Source: Candidatus Bathyarchaeota archaeon
GTDB taxonomy: Archaea; Thermoproteota; Bathyarchaeia; Bathyarchaeales; Bathycorpusculaceae
Length of the DNA stretch: 64,000 bases
Direction: 5' to 3'
Assembly: GCA_963733095.1 (NCBI GenBank)
Contig: CAVTBV010000006.1
Coordinates: 32,001-96,000 of the forward strand
A model generated the notes under the pieces. That model was not told the DNA's origin and searched no databases. It saw only the letters and a program-made list of their open reading frames with translations. Numbering within the stretch: the first letter of the stretch is position 1; each line of letters begins with the position of its first letter. Below are positions 1 through 9,941 of this stretch, piece by piece. Made by a program: the position numbers and the translations under genes.

Positions 1-843
1 AACGAAAAGGGCAAAGCAGTTAAAGTCAAGGAGTCGAAGGCGCCTTCCTGCATTATGGAAGTGGCTTTAGTCAAAGTTTACAAACCTCAAACAACCGTTG
101 CTAACGGCAAAATAATGCATGACTACAGCATGTACACATCGGTGCTGAAAAACTGTTTAATCCCTCTTGAAATCATATACCGTAATGGGTTGCCCGACGG
201 CTCATCGGTTTTCAAACGCCTCGCTCAGGGAAAAATTACCCTACAAGACCTCGGCTTAGACCACTATCCTGGGCCAGGCGAAAAACTTACCAAGCCAATC
301 TTTGATGTCAGCACAAAGCTCGAAGAAACCGACCGTTACGTGAAATGGGCTGAAGCACAGAATATCGCTGGCTTAACCGACCAAGAATTATCCGAAGTTA
401 AAGCGGTGTTGCTCAAAGCAGACGAAACCATAACTAAGGCTGCGTCAAATGCAGGGTTGAAGAATGAGGATGGCAAAATCGAGTTAGCCTTCGACGATGA
501 ACGAAAACTCATGGTCGTTGATGTTCTTGGAACTCTAGATGAATGCCGCTTCACTTACGACGGCGTACACGTAAGCAAGGAAGTCGCGAGGCAATTCTAC
601 AAAAACACCAGTTGGTACAGCGATTTGGAGCAGGCAAAGAAAGAAGCCGAAGCCAAAGGCATCCAAGAATGGAAAGCGCTCTGCAAGTCGCAGCCTCCAA
701 AACTTGACCCCAAACTTAAAACAATAATAAGCCAAATGTACATGGCGGCAGCAAACGAGATGACCAACATTAAACTGTTCGATACTCCAAACCTTGCCAA
801 GGTAATTGATGATTACAAAACGTACATGAGTGAGCGAGTATGA
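1..843 (+). CDS. purC: SAICAR synthetase, 5'-truncated by the window edge
   Basis: IPLEIIYRN, STKLE, DGKIE and VDVLGTLDECRF motifs; the frame is open from base 1; upstream of purP genes. Confidence 0.92.
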   Translation, partial: NEKGKAVKVKESKAPSCIMEVALVKVYKPQTTVANGKIMHDYSMYTSVLKNCLIPLEIIYRNGLPDGSSVFKRLAQGKITLQDLGLDHYPGPGEKLTKPIFDVSTKLEETDRYVKWAEAQNIAGLTDQELSEVKAVLLKADETITKAASNAGLKNEDGKIELAFDDERKLMVVDVLGTLDECRFTYDGVHVSKEVARQFYKNTSWYSDLEQAKKEAEAKGIQEWKALCKSQPPKLDPKLKTIISQMYMAAANEMTNIKLFDTPNLAKVIDDYKTYMSERV

Positions 844-1940
844 TGATGAACGAGAAAATTAAAGAAACAATATCAAGGTATGATCCAAAGAAGATTCGCA
901 TAGGCGTTTTAGGTTCACACTCTGCACTTGAGATTGCGTCAGGTGCCAAACAGGAAGGGTTTGAAACCGTAGTAGTTTGCCAAAAAGGCAGAGACAAAAC
1001 CTACACCAAATACTACAAAGGCGTCTTTGATTATGTTTTGATGCTTGACAAGTTCTCCCAGATAACCAGCCCTGAAAACGTAAAAAAACTCACCGATCTA
1101 AACACAGTTTTTGTTCCCAACCGCTCCTTCTCAGTCTACGCTGGCTACGAAGCAATCGAGAACCAGTTTGCCGTGCCAATGATGGGAAACCGCGCCATGC
1201 TCCGAAGTGAAGAACGCAACACCCCCAGGAACCAGCTCTACTTGCTCCAGCAAGCAGGAATCGCCACGCCAAAAACATTCAAGTCACCCCAAGATATCCA
1301 CCGCTTAGTCATCGTAAAAGTTGCCGAGAAAGAACGGGCAATCGAAAGAGCGTTCTTCTATCCTTCAAACCCAGTTGAATTCAGCAAAATGGCAAGCGAC
1401 CGCATCGCACAAGGCATCATAACACAGGAAGCACTCGACCACGCCTTGATTGAAGAGTACGTTATCGGCGCTAAATTTAACGCTAACCTATTCTGGTCAC
1501 CGTTAACCGACGAAATCGACCTTTTAGGCTTTGACAGACGCATCCAAACTGACCTCGACGGCGTTTTGGATTTGCCAGCGAAGGAGCAGCTTGAGCTAAA
1601 CATTCCAACTCAGAACATCGAAATTGGACACATGGGTGCCACGATGAGGGAGAGCCAAATCGAGAAAATTTTTGAGGCAGCCGAAAAATTCGTTGAAACC
1701 TGCAAACGGGAGTATCCTCCGGGTATGATTGGCTTGTTTGCGTTACAGGGCGCTGTATCTAAGGATTTGGAGTTCTACGTTTTCGACGTTAGCCCACGCG
1801 TGCCAGGATGCCCCTGCGTTGAACCCACCTCACCCTACATGAAGTACAAGTACGGCATCGAAGTTGGACCTGGCAGACGCGTAGCCATGGAAATCAAACG
1901 TGCCCTCAAGGAAGGAAGACTCAGCGAAGTGGTCACATGA
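840..1940 (+). CDS. purP: PurP-family ATP-grasp protein (FAICAR synthetase-like), paralog 1
   Basis: LGSHSAL, VPNRSF and FDVSPR motifs; overlaps the purC stop; lacks the GAKGGRG loop. Confidence 0.85.
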   Translation: MMMNEKIKETISRYDPKKIRIGVLGSHSALEIASGAKQEGFETVVVCQKGRDKTYTKYYKGVFDYVLMLDKFSQITSPENVKKLTDLNTVFVPNRSFSVYAGYEAIENQFAVPMMGNRAMLRSEERNTPRNQLYLLQQAGIATPKTFKSPQDIHRLVIVKVAEKERAIERAFFYPSNPVEFSKMASDRIAQGIITQEALDHALIEEYVIGAKFNANLFWSPLTDEIDLLGFDRRIQTDLDGVLDLPAKEQLELNIPTQNIEIGHMGATMRESQIEKIFEAAEKFVETCKREYPPGMIGLFALQGAVSKDLEFYVFDVSPRVPGCPCVEPTSPYMKYKYGIEVGPGRRVAMEIKRALKEGRLSEVVT

Positions 1941-3022
1941 TAACCAACACTGAGATCGGTGGAATCATTGAAAAGTACGACCAGACTAAGATCGCAATCG
2001 GCACTTTGGGCTCTCATAGTTCGCTGAACATCTTCAAGGGCGCCAAAGAAGAGGGTTTTCGCACCGTCTGTATCTGTAAAGAAAAAGATGCCATAATGTA
2101 CCAGAAGTATCCGCTGGTTGACGAATTAATCATAGTTAAAGACTTCTCGGAATTGCTCAGCGAGAAGCTTCAGCAGCGATTGCGGGAGCTCAATGTGGTT
2201 TTGATTCCCCACGGCTCTTTCACCGCATACCTGAGCACTGAACAATTAACTGATAGCCTCATGGTGCCGATGTTCGGTAACCGTCAACTCTTGCATTGGG
2301 AAGCTAACCGCAAATCCCAGGAAGAATGGCTCCGCCAAGCTGGACTTCGTCTGCCCGCAACTTTTAAAACCCCTGAAGACATCGACCGCTTAATCATAGC
2401 TAAACTGCAGGGCGCCAAAGGCGGCAGAGGATACTTCCTCGCGAATTCCCCAAAGAATTTTTACAAACAATTCAACGAGATGGTTAAACGAGGCATGCTA
2501 ACACAAGAGGATCTGCCAAACATTCACCTGCAAGAATACGCCTTAGGCGTAAACGTTTACCCCAGTTACTTCAGCTCCATCATAGATGATGATGTGGAAA
2601 TGCTCTGCGTTGACCGACGATACGAATCAGCAGTGGACTCAATAGGCAAAATACCTGCATGCCAGCAACTCGAAATCGACATAAACCCCACCTACACAGT
2701 AATCGGAAACTTCCCCATTGTCCTCCGAGAATCACTATTGCCCGAAATCATACGCATGGGAGAAAACGTACACAAAAAAGCCCGCGAACTCGCGCCACCA
2801 GGAATCATCGGACCCTTCTGCCTTGAAACGGTAATCACCGACGAAGCAAAAATCTACACCTTCGAAATCTCTGCACGCATCGTCGCAGGCACAAACGTTG
2901 GCATCGGCACTTCACCCTACGCCTACCTAAAGTACGGCGAAAACATGTACATGGGCAGACGCATCGCAATGGAATTCAAGGAAGCCATAAAACACAAAAG
3001 AATACAAGACATCGTAGCCTAA
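1937..3022 (+). CDS. purP: PurP (formate-dependent FAICAR synthetase), paralog 2
   Basis: LGSHSSL, IPHGSF, GAKGGRGYF and FEISARIVAGTN motifs; ATGA overlap with paralog 1. Confidence 0.9.
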   Translation: MITNTEIGGIIEKYDQTKIAIGTLGSHSSLNIFKGAKEEGFRTVCICKEKDAIMYQKYPLVDELIIVKDFSELLSEKLQQRLRELNVVLIPHGSFTAYLSTEQLTDSLMVPMFGNRQLLHWEANRKSQEEWLRQAGLRLPATFKTPEDIDRLIIAKLQGAKGGRGYFLANSPKNFYKQFNEMVKRGMLTQEDLPNIHLQEYALGVNVYPSYFSSIIDDDVEMLCVDRRYESAVDSIGKIPACQQLEIDINPTYTVIGNFPIVLRESLLPEIIRMGENVHKKARELAPPGIIGPFCLETVITDEAKIYTFEISARIVAGTNVGIGTSPYAYLKYGENMYMGRRIAMEFKEAIKHKRIQDIVA

Positions 3023-3786
3023 AACTTTGGAAGGCACATTTCGAGTAATCCTTCAAAGTTTTCCCTGTTTTCATTCTGCTTAAAATTTTTTAAAACTGAA
3101 ATCAACTCTGACTTCTGTTTTAAACCGAACACTTCGCCAAGCATCTTTGCTGCCCTGCTGTTTCCCATAAAGAGAAACTGGCAAACCGAAGTAACATTAA
3201 TCACTCTTCGAACGATGCTTGCAGTCTCAAAATCCACGATGAAGGGTCTGTTCTCTTTATCCACCAGAAGGTGTTTGGGTGCTTTACTTATTTCCCCATG
3301 GTCCAAACCTGCTTCGTCCAGCCGCCAACACTGCTCTAAAATGTCAACCAAAACCTTGCGAATAACCCCTTTTTCTTTGTGAGTTTCAAGCCAATCCTCA
3401 AGCAAATCGCCATCAACAAGTTGGGATAACATAAAATTGTTGCTGACCCCTATGAATTTGGGGCCAACACCGTTAGCGTTGGCTTTCTGAAGCATTTCGG
3501 CTTCGTGCCTGAAGTCTGGTCGGTCAGCATCTACTCGACGCATCTTCAACGCCGCTCTTTTTCCAACTAAATGCGCAACCACTACAACACCCACATAGCC
3601 TTTGCCCAAAACAGGAATGTTCGAAGCAAACGTTTTTCCACTGAACTCAAGCGCTTCAACGCCAAGCTGCCGAAGCTCCTCTATTCGTACCTGCATTTCT
3701 GCGTTGTTTGCTCTTGGGTAACACACTACAGATGCGTAAGGCTCAGCGCCGAGGTTTTCCACGGACACTAATGCTGGTAGCTTCAC
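3019..3786 (-). CDS. archaeal Ser/Thr protein kinase-like protein (RIO/Bud32-related)
   Basis: LGKGYVGVV glycine loop, ALK lysine, HGEIS and IVDFE motifs. Confidence 0.8.
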   Translation of the reverse strand: MKLPALVSVENLGAEPYASVVCYPRANNAEMQVRIEELRQLGVEALEFSGKTFASNIPVLGKGYVGVVVVAHLVGKRAALKMRRVDADRPDFRHEAEMLQKANANGVGPKFIGVSNNFMLSQLVDGDLLEDWLETHKEKGVIRKVLVDILEQCWRLDEAGLDHGEISKAPKHLLVDKENRPFIVDFETASIVRRVINVTSVCQFLFMGNSRAAKMLGEVFGLKQKSELISVLKNFKQNENRENFEGLLEMCLPKF

Positions 3787-3864
3787 TTCGAATCCTCTTA
3801 TGGCTATTGCATTGGAGTTAGTTAATTAAAGCTTAATTGGAGTTTTGTAAAGTAGTTTGGAGTC

Positions 3865-5484
3865 GTGGGCAAGGCGCAGGAGGCGAGCGAATTGAATTTA
3901 CCTGCTTGGGTTCGGTTTCGTTTGGGCAAGTGGCAACTGGTCATAGTTGCTTTTGCGTTAGTTTACGCTTTTCTTGTTACCTTAAACTTGGCTTATATTC
4001 CGTTGCAGTGGGATGAAGTGAACCATTTCAACGGGGCCCTCCTCTTAGTTCGGGGGCAGTTTTGGCAGTACGCAGCTATAAACTCGTTCTATCCGCCCTT
4101 GTACAACCTGGTGACCGCCGCCTACTTTGCCCTATCCGGTGCAAGCGTACTAGCTGGCAGGCTCGTGTCGGTAACGTTCTCGGTGCTGTCCATATTCTTC
4201 GTCTACAAAATTGCCAAAGAAATGTGCGGCGAAAAAACGGCGGTGCTCTCTGCTGTGTTGTTTGGGGTGATGCCTGGAATCGTTTGGCTTTCAGGATTGG
4301 CTCTAATTGAAATGATGTTGCTTTTTGTCTTCTGTGTTTCGACGCTGTTCTTTTTTAGGTGGCTGCAAACAGACCGAAAGTGGGATTTAACGTTAAGTCT
4401 TGTTGCGTTGGCAATTGGAGTAATGGTGAAGTACCAAATTATTGTCGTAGCACCCATGACAATGATTGTCAGTCTGCTTATTTTTGGGAAAAGCGAAAAC
4501 CTGAAAACCCAAGCAGCCGCGTTTATCCATTCAAAGCGTCTGTGGCTCGGTGTTTTGCTGGTTGCTCTGACTGCGGTTTTATTGTATGCTTTCTATGCGT
4601 CAGGGCTGTTGAATGTTTGGTTATACGCTATCCAAGTTGGCAACGCAGGTCAATCGTGGTACAGTAACCGTTTCTTTGCCCCAATTTTCTACCTACTGGA
4701 GATGGTGGTGCCGTACAACGATAAGCACCCGATTTCGCTGCTTCTTTACGGGTTAGGACTCGCAGGTTTAGCCTTCTTGGCATATAGGCGTAACCCGCAG
4801 GACAAGTTTTTGCTCGTCTGGTTTATAGTAATTTATGTTGTTTTCACTCTGATTCCTAATAGGCAGTGGCGGTATGTTACGCCCTTGTTTCCTGTGTTGG
4901 CGATTTCTGCCACAACGCTTGTAGCGTCAGTAATCGGCTATGCACATAAAACTTGGCAATCAGCAAAAAATAGTCTCACAAAAAAGCGCTTGGCAAAGTT
5001 TTCAGCGGCACTCTTGATAATTTTTGTAGCAGCAGGCGTTTTCTACAGTTCGTTGGATGCTTATAGTTGGGCGGCGCAGGGTCAACCTAAAATTCCCATC
5101 GCTCAAGCAACCGCATACGTTTCATCTGTAGCACAGACAAACCAATCGGTTTTAGTGCTTTGCGCGCATAATTTTTTCAACCGAGACATGGTTTGGTTTT
5201 ACCTAAACAGCAAAAGTGCAAGCCAAACGCAGGTTTACCAGTATCCAGCATTGGCTACTGATGCTTATGCGCCTGATTTTAACCTAACAGAACTGGTTAA
5301 CTTTTGCCAGTCGAATGGTACAGGCTATGTTATGCTCTACGAGTACGGCGGAACCATAACATACTTTGATAGCAGCTTGACTGAGCAAGTAGTCTATGGC
5401 ATGTTAAACAGCACTGGCAGATTCAGCTTGCAAGGAAGCTTTGGCGAAGCGCCTCAGCGAATCTTTGTAATGTCTTTCAAATAA
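3865..5484 (+). CDS. GT-C membrane glycosyltransferase (ArnT/PMT, GT39/83-like)
   Basis: WDE acidic motif, YPPLY, many TM helices, RYVTPLFP. Confidence 0.8.
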   Translation: MGKAQEASELNLPAWVRFRLGKWQLVIVAFALVYAFLVTLNLAYIPLQWDEVNHFNGALLLVRGQFWQYAAINSFYPPLYNLVTAAYFALSGASVLAGRLVSVTFSVLSIFFVYKIAKEMCGEKTAVLSAVLFGVMPGIVWLSGLALIEMMLLFVFCVSTLFFFRWLQTDRKWDLTLSLVALAIGVMVKYQIIVVAPMTMIVSLLIFGKSENLKTQAAAFIHSKRLWLGVLLVALTAVLLYAFYASGLLNVWLYAIQVGNAGQSWYSNRFFAPIFYLLEMVVPYNDKHPISLLLYGLGLAGLAFLAYRRNPQDKFLLVWFIVIYVVFTLIPNRQWRYVTPLFPVLAISATTLVASVIGYAHKTWQSAKNSLTKKRLAKFSAALLIIFVAAGVFYSSLDAYSWAAQGQPKIPIAQATAYVSSVAQTNQSVLVLCAHNFFNRDMVWFYLNSKSASQTQVYQYPALATDAYAPDFNLTELVNFCQSNGTGYVMLYEYGGTITYFDSSLTEQVVYGMLNSTGRFSLQGSFGEAPQRIFVMSFK

Positions 5485-5531
5485 CTAAAAAAGATAATAT
5501 GGACATAAGAGCATTCATAGCGGGTGAAGGT

Positions 5532-7652
5532 ATGCCGCGGTTCAAACAAATCGTTGAAATGCAACAGTTAATGGGCAGAAAAGAACTCATCAGAAATATA
5601 GGTATAATTGCGCACATTGACCACGGCAAAACCACGCTCGCCGATTCGCTTCTGGCTGGGGCCGGGTTGCTGTCGACGCGGATGGCTGGTACGGCAAGGG
5701 TGCTTGATTATTTGGAGGAAGAGCAGAAACGCAAAATCACCATAAAAACCGCCAACATCAGCCTTCTCTACAAAACCCCAAGCCACCCTTACATCATAAA
5801 CCTCGTTGACACTCCGGGACATGTGGATTTCACAGGCAAAGTCACAAGAGCCCTGCGCGTCATCGACGGCGCAGTTGTCGTGGTTGATGCTATCGAGGAA
5901 ATCATGGCGCAAACCGAAATCGTAACGCGACAAGCTCTCGAAGAACGAGTGCGCCCAGTACTATTCATCAACAAAGTTGACAAATTAATAGTCGAGCTGC
6001 AGCTAAACGAGGAACAAATCCAAAAAAAACTCGACCAAATAATCAACCGATTCAACGACCTCATCGAAACCTACGCGGAACCACAATTCAAAAGCCAATG
6101 GAAAATCAGCCCTTCAATGGGTAACGTTGCTTTTGGTTCAGCTCTGCACGGTTGGGGCTTCACCATGAACATGGCAAAGGAGCATGGAACAAAGTTTTCA
6201 GAAATAACCAAAGCATACGCCAGCCATCAGGAGGCGAAACTGCAGGCAACTTTGCCTGTGTATGAAGCTGTTTTTGAAATGGCAATTAATGTGGTTCCAA
6301 ACCCGCGGGAAGCACAAGCGTACCGCACCGAGAAGGTTTGGGATGGACAAATTAGCTCTAAAATTGGCAAGGCACTTGTTGAATGTAGCGATGTTGCACC
6401 ATTAATCATGTATGTAACAAATGTGCATTCTGCCCCAAACAACGACACGCTGGCAACTGGAAGAGTGTTCTCTGGCAAAGCCAAGAAAGGCGTCAAATTG
6501 CATTTGGTAGATGCCCTCTCTGAAACCGAAATTAAAGAAGTCTCCATCGACATGGGCGCATTGCGCGAAGAAGTCAGCGAAGTTTCTGCTGGCAGTTTAG
6601 CCTCTTTTACTTTGAGTGGGCACGTTCAGGCTGGCGAAACGTTGGTTGATTTAGCCCATAAGGAAGGCATGGTGCCCTTCGAGGGAATCTGCTATGTTTC
6701 CGAGCCAGTTGTAACCTTGGCAGTCGAACCCAAAAATCCTCAAGAAATTCCGCTCTTGCTTGGCGCGCTCGAAAGGATTGCTGGAGAAGATCCTAACCTC
6801 AAAGTAGCAACGGACAAGCAGACTGGAGAGTACCTGCTTAGCGGCATGGGAGAGTTGCACTTGGAAATAGCCACCAACCAGCTAAAGAGAATCGGCATAA
6901 ACATAACTGTTTCTTCGCCAAGAGTTGTCTACATCGAAAGCGTCCAGAAAAAAGGCGCCATTGCTCTAGCAAAAAGTTCTAACAAACAGAACAGTTTTTG
7001 GGTGCAGGTTATGCCAGAAACAGAAGAAAATGAACATCGGGCTGATGCGGATTCATGCAATATTATTTCGTTGGATGAGCATCGGAACGTGCTTTTGGAT
7101 TGCGGCGGAAAAACCGAAGCAGTCTCCGAAGAAGCCTTGGAAGCGATTATCGTCGGGTTTGAATATGCTTGTAGGGCAGGTCCATTATGCGGTGAACCCG
7201 TACGTCGTCTGAAGGTTAACATAGTGGATTTGCAAACCTCTGGCGGCGAAGGTGAAGGTTCAGAAATCATGCACGCAGTAGGCAAAGCAGTCTTCGGTAG
7301 CTTCCTAACCGCCGACCCCGTGCTGCTTGAACCCATCTACAAAATAATAATATCCGTTGCCTCCGAACTATCTGGCGAATGCTCAAGAATGCTTAGCATG
7401 AGACGCGGGAAAGTCACATTATTTGAGCACAAAGGTCTCCTCAACATAATCAGCGGCTACATCCCCGTATCCGAAACCTTCGATTTCTCAAGAGAAATTC
7501 GCTCAGCCACTTCTGGCAGGGCATTTTGGCAAACCTTCTTTGACCACTGGGAAAAAATGCCCCAAAAACTTGCTTTGCAAGTAGTCGCTGATTTGCGGCG
7601 GCGAAAGGGTCTTGCAGTGGAGATTCCTAAGCCCGAAAAATTCATGGAGTAA
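5532..7652 (+). CDS. divergent elongation factor 2 paralog (translational GTPase) lacking the diphthamide loop
   Basis: AHIDHGKTT, DTPGHVDF, NKVD, GMGELHLE and LLEPIY motifs; HEDxxHRG replaced by QTSGGEGEG; start at MPRFK after GGGTGA. Confidence 0.88.
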   Translation: MPRFKQIVEMQQLMGRKELIRNIGIIAHIDHGKTTLADSLLAGAGLLSTRMAGTARVLDYLEEEQKRKITIKTANISLLYKTPSHPYIINLVDTPGHVDFTGKVTRALRVIDGAVVVVDAIEEIMAQTEIVTRQALEERVRPVLFINKVDKLIVELQLNEEQIQKKLDQIINRFNDLIETYAEPQFKSQWKISPSMGNVAFGSALHGWGFTMNMAKEHGTKFSEITKAYASHQEAKLQATLPVYEAVFEMAINVVPNPREAQAYRTEKVWDGQISSKIGKALVECSDVAPLIMYVTNVHSAPNNDTLATGRVFSGKAKKGVKLHLVDALSETEIKEVSIDMGALREEVSEVSAGSLASFTLSGHVQAGETLVDLAHKEGMVPFEGICYVSEPVVTLAVEPKNPQEIPLLLGALERIAGEDPNLKVATDKQTGEYLLSGMGELHLEIATNQLKRIGINITVSSPRVVYIESVQKKGAIALAKSSNKQNSFWVQVMPETEENEHRADADSCNIISLDEHRNVLLDCGGKTEAVSEEALEAIIVGFEYACRAGPLCGEPVRRLKVNIVDLQTSGGEGEGSEIMHAVGKAVFGSFLTADPVLLEPIYKIIISVASELSGECSRMLSMRRGKVTLFEHKGLLNIISGYIPVSETFDFSREIRSATSGRAFWQTFFDHWEKMPQKLALQVVADLRRRKGLAVEIPKPEKFME

Positions 7653-8519
7653 TTGAAGATGTGGATGAATGTTGCGTTTGATTTGGATTCTTCGCTTTGC
7701 TGCGGGCAAGTGTTTAGGTGGCAGAAGCAGGATGGATGGTGGTATGGCGTTGTCGGAGAGCAGGCGTTTAAGATTCGACAGTGTGGTTGTGAATTGGAGT
7801 TTGAAAACGTCAGCGAAGACTTTGTACGCCACTATTTCGGATTAAACGATGATTTAGAACAAATCAGCAGGTGCATCGCCAAAGACGATTATATTCTTAA
7901 AGCCCTGCGCAGGTTTGAGGGGTTGCGGCTTGTTCGACAGGAACCTTGGTCATGCCTCATCGGCTTTATCTGTTCCACCTACAAGAACATAGCTGCCATC
8001 GAGTTAATGCTCAAAAAACTCTCTGAGAAATATGGAGAAAAAAGGGTTTTTGATGGCTACGATTTTTATCTGTTTCCTACTGTGGAGAGGTTAGCCAATG
8101 CAAGTGAAGGTGGGTTGCGGGAGTGTGGTTTAGGTTTTAGGGCTAATTATGTGAGTTCGACAGCCCAAAAAATCCTTGCTGAAAAAATTAACCTTGAAAA
8201 CCTAAAATCCATGCCTTATTTGAAAGCCAGAAAATTTTTGCTTGATTTCCCCGGTGTCGGGTTGAAGGTCGCGGATTGTGTGTCGCTGTTTTCGCTGGAG
8301 AAGATGGAGGCTTTCCCCGTGGATGTTTGGGTTAAGCGAGTCATCCTAAAACACTATGCCAACGAGTTGCCGCAGGATTTAGTTAAAAAAATGCAGAGCC
8401 ACAGCTCTTTAACCAACGGCGAATACATCAAAATCGGTGATTTCGCCCGAAACTACTTCGGAATCTACGCAGGATATGCCCAAGAATACCTCTACCATTA
8501 CGAGCGAACACAACATTAA
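7653..8519 (+). CDS. ogg: 8-oxoguanine DNA glycosylase (OGG1-type HhH-GPD)
   Basis: CGQVFRW N-domain, GLRLVRQEPW, GLGFRA, PGVGLKVADC HhH, FPVDVW, YAGYAQEYL. Confidence 0.9.
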   Translation: MKMWMNVAFDLDSSLCCGQVFRWQKQDGWWYGVVGEQAFKIRQCGCELEFENVSEDFVRHYFGLNDDLEQISRCIAKDDYILKALRRFEGLRLVRQEPWSCLIGFICSTYKNIAAIELMLKKLSEKYGEKRVFDGYDFYLFPTVERLANASEGGLRECGLGFRANYVSSTAQKILAEKINLENLKSMPYLKARKFLLDFPGVGLKVADCVSLFSLEKMEAFPVDVWVKRVILKHYANELPQDLVKKMQSHSSLTNGEYIKIGDFARNYFGIYAGYAQEYLYHYERTQH

Positions 8520-8520
8520 A

Positions 8521-8808
8521 ATGGCAAAAAACCGCATTTCCCTACTGGTGCGAACTTTGAGCGATGGTAAAATTGACCAGTTAATCAAGCAAAAACGAGT
8601 TTTCCTAAGACAAGCCATGAAAGATTACTCCTCAGGCGGCAACGACATGCTCGACGACATCGAAAACCTGCTAAAAGAGGCAAAAGCAGAAATCACCAAC
8701 AACTTGGAACTTGCCAGTTGCCTAAAAGAGGAAGATGAAGAATCTTGGCAAAAAGAATGTCTATCCATGTTTAACGCATGGCATGAAAAATGGTTCGGCA
8801 AGCCCTAA
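8521..8808 (+). CDS. small hypothetical protein ending in W-x-x-KWFG
   Basis: ATG 2 nt after the ogg stop; C-terminus resembles ORF 20101-20280. Confidence 0.6.
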   Translation: MAKNRISLLVRTLSDGKIDQLIKQKRVFLRQAMKDYSSGGNDMLDDIENLLKEAKAEITNNLELASCLKEEDEESWQKECLSMFNAWHEKWFGKP

Positions 8809-8892
8809 GCCTTTTCAACCGTTTAGTTATATCTCGATAGCGGAAAATGTTTAAATCTTAACTGGAACAGCAATATTAGAGAATAGCACTGT

Positions 8893-8967
8893 GGGCCCGT
8901 AGCTCAGCTCGGCTGGAGCGCCAGACTCATAATCTGTTGGTCGCTGGTTCAAATCCGGCCGGGCCCA
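8893..8967 (+). tRNA. tRNA with CAU anticodon, probably tRNA-Ile2 (agmatidine-modified) rather than Met
   Basis: GGGCCCG/CGGGCCC acceptor stem, GCTC/GAGC D-stem, CT-CAT-AA loop, GGTTCAAATCC T-arm, A73; a GGGCCC acceptor is typical of archaeal Ile tRNAs. Confidence 0.93.
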
Positions 8968-8987
8968 CATTACTTTTATTTTGTAAT

Positions 8988-9884
8988 CTAATGGATTAGC
9001 AAGTAAACAATCATTAATACATTGAAAGTGATGAGCGAACAAACGCTTATAATGCTTAATGTTTGAACGCTTTTTCTTTTTTGTACGCCAAACAAGCCTA
9101 AAACTCCCGCCGTCACTGGCACAGCAGCAAAAGCAGCTACAACCTCAAAGCTGATTGGAGAAGCATTAATTTGCAAAGCATAAAAAAGAAACATCGTAAA
9201 AGACGCAGTGGACAAGGCAAGGACTAATCCAAATACCGCCTGAACTCCGTATGCCATACCGAAGGTTTTCTTGTTTCCCAAGCGGTCGCCTTCTATGTCC
9301 GGGGCTTCTAGGCTTAGAGAAAGCATAAAGCCATAAAGCACGAAGGGCAAAAAGAAAAACCCATACCAACCGTCAAGTTGCCCCTTTATGGAAAGGTATC
9401 CTGCTGCTGGAATAGCAAAACCAACCGCCAACGCTATGGCAGCTTCCCCAAGACCCCTTGACACAAACCGTAAGGGTGGAGCGGAATAGAACCATCCTAA
9501 AAAATTTGCACCCATCATAACTAACAGTAATTCGATAGGTGCAACTTGGAAAATGACCGCCAAAGCTGCCAAGACCAAAGACACAGAAAGTAGAGTAATC
9601 GATAATTTTTTAGTCAAAGGCAACAGGTTTGGGTTAGACGTGAGTATTTTATCTTTAGAAAAAGACTTTTTTCTTTGAGCAAGCTTGTCTTCTTGGACAT
9701 CAAAGTAGTCGTTGCTGAAATGAGTCGATAAATCTCCGAAAAAAACCGTAGCATAAAACAAAATAAAATTTATCGGGTTAAAGTCTCCGCCGTTTGCAAC
9801 CCCCAAAAACGCGCCCACAGTGAACGCTAATAAGCCACCAAACACGATGTGGGGTCTTATCATTTTAAGGTACTGCTTAAACAT
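8988..9884 (-). CDS. UbiA-family prenyltransferase (MenA-like)
   Basis: NDYFDVQED, FYSAPPLR..RGLGE and PDIEGD..GNKKT motifs; multi-TM. Confidence 0.87.
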   Translation of the reverse strand: MFKQYLKMIRPHIVFGGLLAFTVGAFLGVANGGDFNPINFILFYATVFFGDLSTHFSNDYFDVQEDKLAQRKKSFSKDKILTSNPNLLPLTKKLSITLLSVSLVLAALAVIFQVAPIELLLVMMGANFLGWFYSAPPLRFVSRGLGEAAIALAVGFAIPAAGYLSIKGQLDGWYGFFFLPFVLYGFMLSLSLEAPDIEGDRLGNKKTFGMAYGVQAVFGLVLALSTASFTMFLFYALQINASPISFEVVAAFAAVPVTAGVLGLFGVQKRKSVQTLSIISVCSLITFNVLMIVYLLIH

Positions 9885-9941
9885 CAGCTCTTCGCCTCTG
9901 TCCTATCTATCGATTCTATAATGAAACTACTTATATCTTAA

